Source of the DNA: a virus
Length of the DNA stretch: 49,604 nt
Reading direction: 5' to 3' (one strand)
Virus record (IMG/VR): IMGVR_UViG_3300045988_158846
Location: 1-49,604 of that record
In this document: piece after piece, positions 40,318 through 49,604 of the stretch
Position numbering within the stretch: the first letter of the stretch is position 1
Layout: every line of letters begins with the position of its first letter
Made by a program: the position numbers and the translations under genes
The notes under the pieces: model-generated
What the model was told of the DNA's origin: nothing
Databases searched by the model: none
The model's input: only the letters and a program-made list of their open reading frames with translations

Positions 40318-43300
40318 ATGGCAACATCTACAATAAATGTAAATAGAGTATATCCGCCAATTGTGAATAGTTCAATACCAGCGTATTTAGCTACTGCGGA
40401 ATCTTTAAATATAAATTTTTCTTTGCCTAAATCATTGAACTATGATGATGTAAAAAATATTTCAATAAAATTTAGCCAATAGTCAAATAATAAAAGTGTT
40501 GTAAATACAGATATTTATTATGATGGAATTATTTATATGGAAAAGCCTACTACCTCTACTAATGGAATATATACAGTTACTGTAAAAAATTCTGATATCA
40601 AATTAGGAGATACCGTTGGTTGGGTTTCCAATACTTTTTATAAAATTCAAATTCGATTTGGATATAGTAAATTAGATTATGAAAAAAATAAAATTTCATT
40701 TTTTAAATGGAAAAAAACACAAACTTTAATAAATGGATTTTCAGAATGGTCTAATGTTATAATTACTAAGGCAATAGAAGAACCTATTGTAAATATTTTA
40801 AATAATAAAGAAATAACTAATCTTGATGTTGGTTTTATATTAACTAAAAGTGAAAATGTAGAAACTACAAGATTCCCTAAATTTCAAGGCGGTTATCATT
40901 GTGCGGCTGAAGAGCCTATGGATAAATATCGTTTTAGATTATATGAAGGAGCTTATAATAGTTTAAATTAGCCAACTCTTGATCCTTATTTATCTAGCGG
41001 ATGGCTATAGTTTAATGGAGGCGGCCAAGATTATTACACAGGATTGGTTGAATATAGTTTTAATAGATAGTTAGACTATTTAGGTCATAAAACTTATTCT
41101 GTCATTTTAGATGTAATAACTGCTAATGGTTATTAGAAGTCTTCTGAATTTTATAATTTTACAATTACTGAAAGTTATTTAAAATAGTTAGAATCTTTAG
41201 TATTTATTATTAAGGATAATACTGGAGATACTACAATTTAGCAAAGACTATTTAATACAAATGAAGTTAGCTTTGAAACTTATAAGAGTTATTTTAATAT
41301 TGAAGGTGAAAACCCTACTTATCTTAGAGGATACTTTGATAATTGTATTGAGAATGGAATAAATTATCAAGCTGGTGATATTGTTTATAGAACAGGCATT
41401 GTTGGTATAGATGCCAAAGAACATATTTTATCTCGTAATACCAGAGTAAAAGCAGTTGAAAATTTTAGTCATAATATTCGTTCTGATGAGAATGCTAGTT
41501 TAGAAATTTATATAAAAAATAATCCTTATAAAGTAACAGAACATACCACTGATACTACTATTACTGGTGAAAAAATAGAATACGATAAAGTAATTTTAAA
41601 ATATCAACCTCTTGATGGAACTTTTATTTTATCTAGGGCTTGTGAAAAAGATAATTACACTCAATGGGAAGACATTGCTCAATTTGATTGGTATAATGAA
41701 TCTAACTATGATAAGGAATTAACATTATTATATGAAGATTTTACCATTGAAAGTGGAGTTAAATATAAATATGCTTTACAAAAGAAAAATTTAACTGGTC
41801 TTAGAAGTGCTCCTAAATATGAAGCGTCTGATATTGATACTTCACCAGCTCACTGGTCTAATTTTTAGTATAGTTATATTTATAATAATGGTATTCAAGT
41901 TCGTTTAAATTTTGACTGTAAAATAAATAGTTATAAACATACTACTTTATTTTAGAAATAGGATAGTTTAAATTCTAAATATCCCATTATATTGCGGAAT
42001 GGTCTTGCACATTATGCCGAATTTTAGTTAGGTGCTAAAATTTCTTTACTCAGTGATGAAGATTCTTCTTTCTTAATGCGCAATGATACCAAGGGTGGTT
42101 ATTATCACAGTTGGTATGGTGATATAGTTATTTCTAAAGATAAATATATGGAAAATTTTACACGAGATTTACAAACGCCTTATAATGATAAGTTAACATT
42201 AGGCCAATATACAAGTATTGATGCTTCTGTATTTAATACTTCACCAACTAATAATAATATTTATATGGAACGTATTTATCGTCATTGGGTAGAAGAATTC
42301 CTTAATGATGGTGGATATAAATTATTTAAATCAGCCACTGAGGGTAATCATATTATTACTTTAACCAATGTCTCTTGGACTCCGCAAGCTTCTTTAGGAA
42401 GAATAATTTATGATTTTAATTCTACAGCTTATGAAGTAGCAGAGTTTAATTGTGATAATATTAAATTATATAATATTAATCCTTTAACGACTTTATCTAA
42501 TAATTCTAAATTGGCTATACAAGATGCTAGTACTAAGAATAAAGTAATTATTGGTTAGGTAGCTAGAACATTTAATGGTCAATTAGATAAAGAAGTAAAT
42601 GGAAATTCTTTAAAAATTATTTCTAATCCTAAATTTAATAAAAAATATGATAATATTTATGAAGCTATTAAATTATAGGAAGAAGTTGAAATTAGTGAAG
42701 AAAAAAAATATACATTAATGAAAGTTCGTGCAATTTGGATTGAGTAGTATCCTAAGTTAAGTTTAAAAAATAGGATTGAGTATTTAAAACATCAAAATGG
42801 TTTATCTATGATTGAATAGTTAGAAAATGCTGTTGAATTATTACGTTGTGAATAGTTATTAAAAGAATATGAAAAAAATCAAACTAATATAATAACTATG
42901 ATAATTAATGGTAAAGAAATTTCGATGATGCCTAGTCGTATATACCATATTGATGATATGAATTTACAATCTATGTATTTAAAATTTACTCGACCTGTTT
43001 TAATTAATTATATAGCTGAAATAGAAGAAGAAGATTATTTACAAATGGTAACAGTAGCAACACGAGAATTTGTTCAATGGGGGCAAATAGGAGGAATATT
43101 TACTGATACTAAAGATATATTAGATAATCATTAGTTTTTTAGAAATGATGATAGTAATATAGTTAATGAAAATTATAATTATAGTTTGTATTCTACTCGA
43201 AATATTATGGAAGTATTGAAAGAAAAGATACATACTTCTATTTTAAATGATTATAGTGAAGAAAAAATAAATTCTTCTTTTGAAATTTTATATAATAAAA

Positions 43301-43737
43301 TAAATGAGTTTTTAGATAAAATAGATGATGACACAAATTCTATTGAAGATTTGTTAATTGAAGGAACTGAATTATTAGAAGAATATCGTCCGCTATCTGG
43401 ATTAGTTTTAAATGACTAGACTGATGCTTGGATGAACGGTTCAAATCAATTGGTAGTTTATAATTTTAATGGTATTGAAAGCCTTGAAATTGAAGCTGAC
43501 GCCAATACAGATATTGTATTTGGTAGAAACAATGAAATTGATAGTAGTACTGGTTCTGTCTCTCCAGCCAATGAGGATAATCATATTCGAGTTGGACCAA
43601 CAAATAAAATAGTATTAAATCCTTTAAAAAGCACAATTAAATCATTAGAGTTTGCTCGTCCTTCTTATGCTATTATTAATTACAAAGCTGTTTCTTCCTT
43701 AGAACTAAAAGGATATATTAATACAAATGAGGAGTAA
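40318..43737 (+). CDS. large tail protein (~1139 aa; tail hub / receptor-binding candidate), many in-frame TAGs
   Basis: ORF-track pieces 40537, 42076, 42898, 43186 and 43432 share frame with ATG 40318 (RBS AAAGGAGG); ends TAA. Confidence 0.6.
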
Positions 43738-43742
43738 ATAAT

Positions 43743-46700
43743 ATGAGAGAATATTTGACTGATTCAAAATTCTTATCTATGTTAGATGAGATGCGTATAA
43801 AAAATCATTACGCCAAAATTACTGTATTATCATTTGTAGATGAAAAACCTTTGCGTGAAATTTAGGGAATAGCTACGGCTGGATCTATTACTGTTAACGG
43901 GCAAGCGGCATTACGTCGCACGATAAGCTTAACAGTAAGTGGAATAGAAAATGAAAATGATATTAATAATATTGAAAATATAATTTCAATAAATAAAAAA
44001 GTAAAGATAGAAGTAGGGCTTGAAAATCCATTTGAAGATTATAAAAATTATGGAGATATTATCTGGTTCCCTCTGGGTACTTATGTAATTAATCAAGCTA
44101 CTACCTCTACTACTGCTTCTTCAGCAAATATTTCTATTTCAGGCAAAGATAAAATGTGTATGCTTGATGGAACTTGCGGAGGTACATTACCTTCGGCAGT
44201 TACTTTTCATGAAACATAGTATGAAGATGATAATGGAGATATTTCCATAGAGCAAGTACCTATGTTTACTATTATTAAAGAATGTGTAACACATTTTGGT
44301 AAAGAGCCAGAATAGAATGTTATAATTAATGATGTGGATATGACAGCTAAACTTAGTACAAAATATGTAGGTCAAAACCCTATATGGTTTTCAAAAGATT
44401 ATAAAAGTTTTGTAATTAGTGAAAATGCGCCCGAAGATGAAAATTTTTTATAGCATAAATTTATTTATGGACAAGATGTTGGATATCAAGAAACAGATTT
44501 TACTTACCCCGGAGAATTAGTCTTTTCTGCGGGAGATACAGTAACTTCTGTTCTTGATAAAATTATTGAATCTTTAGGCAATTATGAATATTTTTACGAT
44601 TTAGATGGTCATTTTGTATTTTAGCAGAAAAAGAATTATTTAAATTATTATTATACTCCAATTACTTAGATTAATGATAATTATTATATTAAAGCTTTTT
44701 CTGATAGTAAGTATTATTATACTTTTATTGATGCTAAAGATGCTTTATCTTATTATAATAGCCCTAAATATGAAAATATAAAAAATGATTTTATTGTTTG
44801 GGGTGATAAAACAAATGCTAATGGGGTTACCAAGACTATTCAATATCATTTAGCTATTGATGAAAAACCACAAATTGATTTAGCTAATTAGTATATGTGG
44901 GATATCACCAGAGGCAATGGAGATCATGCTTATTATTTATTTGAATATGAAAAAAATAATTATAACTAGACTCCGGAAAAAAAAGCTATTGAAATAATTT
45001 ATACTGAAAATCATAGTGAAATTACTGATAGCTCAATAGAAACAGCCATCAAAAAAGATATAATGGATAATATTTTATAGAATTATTCTTTTTACAATGG
45101 TGATCAGTTTATCTTATATTATAAGGTTATTTTTTCTGACTAGATAAGATATTATAAAGTAGCGTTATTAAATAAAGAAATTATTGATTTTAAATATCTT
45201 GAAGATTTAACTGACATTATTGATTTTACTTATTTAGCTTTTGGAGTTTATCCTAAGAAAGACGAAGAAGATGTATCAGATGATAGCAGTTCTTCTGATG
45301 ACGAGCCAATAGGTTATCCTGATAGACCTAATGCTCCTGATTTAGACCCAGGCTTTGGCATCCCTGATTCTTGGCATAGAGGTACTTAGAGAGACAAACA
45401 AAATTAGCTAGATCCTGATTTTAGTGTAGATCCAGATGGATCTTCTAAACCTCCTAATGATTCTGATGATAAAAAAGATGATACTACAAAAGTAAAAAAC
45501 AAAGAATTTTATTTAGTATAGAAAAGAATTATAGATAATGTTGATGTTTTAGGATATTATAATAAAAAGGGCGAATGGATATAGATTTTTGAATTATCAG
45601 AAAAATTAAATTTAACTAATATAAATAATTTAATAAATAAAGTAAAATAGAATTATTATCTAAAAATTATAAAAGATATAAATTTTGATGAAATTAATAA
45701 AGAATATGATTTTAATTTTATTAATCAAAATAATGTTTTATTAGTTTCAAGCACTGGTCTATTAATTTATAAATTAAATTCTTATGATTCTAAAGGTAAT
45801 AAACAAGAATACAATTATAGCATTCCTGATAATTATTCTGCTATTAAAGATTCAGAAAATAAAATATTAATATCAGAAGAAGAACATAAAGAATTAGTTA
45901 AAGTTTTATTAGAATATTATAAAACGAATAAAGATGATCTAATAGATGATATTACTTTAATTTATAACTATACAGATATAAATGATATTCCTAGCGGTAA
46001 TCCATCAGGCGATGGTCCAATAGGCTATCCTGACAAACCCAATACTCCTGATTTAGATCCTGGGTTTGGTGTTCCTGATTCTTGGCATAAAAATACTAAT
46101 TCTATTAAATCATAGAGCTAGCTAGACCCTTACTTTGGAGTAAGCTCTAAAGGAGAAACTTCTTCAGATACTAAAAAAGATAATAATTCATCTAGTTCTG
46201 ATAATAAAAAAGGTAGTGACTTGCTTCTTCCATTTTTAGACCCAGTAGAAGGAAAAAAAGATTAGCTAAAAGTTTTAAAAGATTAGGAAGATATAATAAA
46301 AAAGATTTTTATTTTACGAGATAATGGAAATTATACTTTAAATGAAATAATTGAAGAAATTACAAATGCTTATAATTCTAATGTTATTGATTTTTCAATT
46401 TTACCAGAAAATAGTAAAATAAAAATTATTACTTATACTCCAAAAGAGCCAGAATTTGATTATGAAGATAATTTTTATTTTACGTTAATTGGCACTCCTT
46501 GTCATGAATGGCGCGAAGAATTATTTAGATAGGCTTTATTAAATAGCGAAAATGGGTCTCAAAAAGGAAACTATGATGATGAACTATTAGCTAAAATTAA
46601 TAATGAATATTTATGGCGCAAACAGTTATTTGATCCATAGAATGAAACTTGGCATGAAGAATGGAATAATCAAATTGATTTAGCTAATTCAGATAAAGAA

Positions 46701-47246
46701 AAAATAGATACTTGGGATGGATGGAATCCGGCAATTTACATTGATCCTAGTTTAATAACTTATTGGTTAGATTTTATTGATGTTGATTAGTTAGTATCAA
46801 AATATTCTGTTAATAAGATAGGCCGACGTACTAAAGCATTAACTAAAACTAATATGAGCCTATTATATAAATTAAATGTACCTGATATTATTTTCTTCGA
46901 GAATACCGGCGAAGCAGATTTAATTTAGAAAATTGAAGAATACACGCTAGAAGGACAAGCCTATTGCGCTTTAAAACCTGGGCAAATGAAATTGTTTAGT
47001 TCTAGTGGAACAGGTAGTACGGCTTTTGATTATATAAGAGAAATGCTATATTAGTATTTAATTTATAATTTAACTGTTACTATTAATTGCGCGCCTAGAT
47101 ATTATTTAGAGCCTAATAATTTAATTTATATAGATGATAAAAAAAGTAATATTAAAGGTGAATTTGTTATAACTCAATATACCCTTCCTTTAATTTATAA
47201 TGGAAATATGTCGATTACAACAAATGAAGCTTTAACAAGAGTATAA
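43743..47246 (+). CDS. large tail fibre-like protein (~1167 aa) with internal duplicated module, many in-frame TAGs
   Basis: continuous frame from ATG 43743 to TAA 47244; repeated segments PIGYPD(R/K)PN(A/T)PDLDPGFG(I/V)PDSWH at 45305..45380 and 46016..46095. Confidence 0.55.
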
Positions 47247-47256
47247 GGAGGTAACA

Positions 47257-47958
47257 ATGAGTATTGAATTAAAATAGATTGTTTATAATCTTGAAGATTA
47301 TGGAGGATCTGGTGGATTAATTTCAACTAATAAAAATAACCATAATGAATTAATATACAGTATGGTTTATTAGAACAATGAGAATGATGCTACAGAAAAC
47401 ACTTTAGTAGGAGATTTAGGCTTAACTGAATATATGAACAATCGTATTAATATTTTTGATAAAAATATTTTAGTTAATTATACCAATGTGAAAAAGATAG
47501 GTATTTAGGCTTCCCCTGGAACTAAGTTTACTTTTTCTGAATCAATTACTCCAAATGCTGGATAGTGGTTAATGGTAGGACGTACTGGTATTTATGAATT
47601 AAATGATGATATAGTAATTAAATCATTAAGATTTTAGCGTCCTAAAAATTATATTCTAAATAAAGAGCTTAGTTAGGAATTATAGTCTAATGGGACAGCA
47701 ATTATGAAATAGGCTAGAGATGAATTTTTAACTAAAGTAACTGAATTAACTAAAAGCCAAGGTACAGTTCCTGATCGGACTGAAACAGGTAACGATTATT
47801 GGATACAATATAATCAATTGCATTAGGAATATGTTACAAAATATAGAAGTGGATTAGGCCTTTACTTAAAGGGCAAGGCCGGAGTCTATGTTGATGGATC
47901 TGAAGATGATTTATATAATATTATTATTGATTTTACTTATGGAGAAGAGGAGGGATAA
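47257..47958 (+). CDS. hypothetical tail protein (233 aa), ~10 in-frame TAGs
   Basis: RBS AAGGAGG; continuous frame to TAA 47956. Confidence 0.45.
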
Positions 47959-47961
47959 TTA

Positions 47962-49604
47962 ATGTATAGCTTTTATGGTGGACAAAAAGGGCAAGATTTT
48001 AAAATAACAAGAATATTTTCTAATCGTGCCATAGATATGGTTGGAGATTTACAAATGCGTTGGACTTCGCCAGTAAATGTAGGAGATTATATATTTATTA
48101 ATTATGGTGATCCTTCATTTATGAATGAAGAAAATTCTAATTATAATACTAATTTATAGATAGATTTAAAGACCAGCGGCAAATCTTTTACAAATTCTTT
48201 GTGGCAAAAAATTTATGTAGATAGAAATTTAACAGTATCTCCTGATTTTCCTGAAAATGATAATAATATTTATGTTTTCTTAAATTTAGATGAAAGTGAT
48301 ACTGAAGAATATGGAAACTCTTTACAAGAAATATCAGATATTGAAAGTGAAGAGTGTTTTGGTTTTGGATATAGATTAATCGCTTGTGTTACAGGTGTCA
48401 CTCCTCGAATTTAGGTATTCCATTAGACAATAGATATTGAAGATGGAGATCCTTATGTTACTTTAGATTTAACTAATCCTGATACTCCTAAAATTAAATT
48501 TTATCTATAGCGTGGATAGCGTATTGAAGATGTTTACAGAAATATTGTAGGGTCTTAGGAAGAGCCTAATGCTTATTTATATACTGATGGTAGAGCTTAT
48601 ATAGACAAAAATGGCGAAACAAAAATTGCTACTTTAACTAAACCTTAGTTAGTTTTTGATTTACCAAAAGCTCCTACTTTTTACTATGGTATGTTATTTG
48701 GCACAGGGCCATTAAATTTTTATCATAATTTTGGTACATTATCTAGCCGAGAATATTATTTAAATAAAGATACTTATAAGATTTATAAAAAAGAAATACA
48801 ATTAATATCAAAAATTAGTGATTTTTTGTATAGATTTTTACTAAATGATAAAGTAACCTATATCTTAGATGAAGAAAGTAAAGACCCTAAAACTGGAATT
48901 TATAGTAATCTTAAATTTAAAGATACTAAACATTTTTATTATGTAGTAGATAATAAATTTTTTAAATAGGGTAGTTAGTTAAATAGTTCTTTTATTTATA
49001 CTTAGTAGGAAAATTAGAATGTACTTTTTAATCCATTATCAAATGATGAAATAGAAATAACAAAATCTAAAGAATAGAAAATTTTAAAATTTTATAAAGA
49101 ACTGCAAGAGGATTATTAGTTATCAGTAAGGCCTTATGAATATTATAAAGAAGATGGAACAATAGGTATTAAGGCTCAATATATGTGGACTAATGATGAT
49201 GCTCAAACTGTTGGAGATGAAGTATATACTTATTTATTATCAGCTTCTATTTTTAAAACTTTTCCAAATTCATTATATCCTTTAGGAACTATAATTAATG
49301 ATTTAATAGAAAAATTATTTAGCATTATTGTAGAAGATAAAAATAAAAAAGTTTCGGTAAAAGAAAATTATACTGATATTTTTTACTCATTTGAAACTTA
49401 TAATATCGCTGATTATTTAGTTGGTGTATTAGCGCAAGGTTCTTATTTGAATGAGCATTATTATGATGTATCTAAAGCTTATAAAGCAGATTTCTATGTA
49501 AATGAGCCTACGGGTAAATTTTATATTTTAACGAATTTAAATAAATTTTATATTGAAGGCAAATATATTGGAGCTATTACTGCTCCTGCTCCTTTAGCTG
49601 TAAC
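47962..49604 (+). CDS. hypothetical tail protein, 3' end beyond window (>547 aa), many in-frame TAGs
   Basis: ORF-track pieces 47962, 48199 and 48691 share one frame; RBS GAGGAGGGA. Confidence 0.45.

Noticed and set aside
27681-47246. Possibility that the TAG-interrupted structural genes are decayed pseudogenes or that the region is non-coding (ORF track shows only short fragments)
   Set aside because: Frames are conserved across hundreds of TAGs over >20 kb with no in-frame TAA/TGA. Each gene has an RBS and start codon and ends on TAA/TGA. Translations give recognisable terminase motifs and TMP-like composition. Random decay would scatter all three stop codons and frameshifts.
1-49604. CRISPR arrays, rRNA or tRNA genes, integrase/attachment sites
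   Set aside because: No spacer-repeat periodicity, no rRNA-like conserved stretches, no tRNA cloverleaf found by eye in intergenic regions. No integrase or recombinase-like ORF in the window.

Overview
This window looks like phage (or phage-like mobile element) DNA with two very different arms, and I cannot show from one window that both arms belong to the same genome. The left arm (1..~8.7 kb) is about 45% GC and entirely minus-strand. It is a dense array of about 28 very small genes, each with its own consensus sigma70-type promoter (TTGACA-17-TATAAT) and a GC-rich hairpin terminator. These include a HAD-family phosphatase, a nucleoside 2-deoxyribosyltransferase-like protein, several Cys-rich zinc-ribbon-like mini-proteins, small membrane proteins and a pair of tandem paralogs. 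All of them use only standard stop codons. The right arm (~9.1..49.6 kb) is about 29% GC and uses strong Shine-Dalgarno sites. It begins with a leftward regulatory operon (AbrB-family regulator) and back-to-back divergent consensus promoters. The rest is a plus-strand virion morphogenesis module: a T4 gp17-like large terminase, a small nuclease, portal, scaffold, putative major capsid, connector/tail completion genes, major tail protein, chaperone, a ~3090-aa tape measure protein, three >1000-aa tail/fibre proteins and further tail genes. The central observation is that most right-arm genes carry many in-frame TAG codons (about 130 in the tape measure gene alone). Reading frames are perfectly preserved across them, with no in-frame TAA or TGA, and every gene ends at TAA or TGA. 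This indicates amber (TAG) stop-codon reassignment to a sense codon. Alignment of the terminase adenine-binding Y-Q motif places a TAG exactly at the conserved Gln, so TAG probably encodes Gln. The standard-code ORF track therefore fragments these genes. The most abundant virion proteins (putative capsid and major tail) contain zero TAG codons. Regulatory and early minus-strand genes twice terminate on TAG (the AbrB-family regulator at 9424 and the 122-aa early gene at 5066), which fits a switch of genetic code during the infection cycle. No suppressor tRNA, release factor, CRISPR array or rRNA was found in the window. A GC-rich structured non-coding region with iteron-like repeats lies at the junction between the arms (8.74..9.36 kb).
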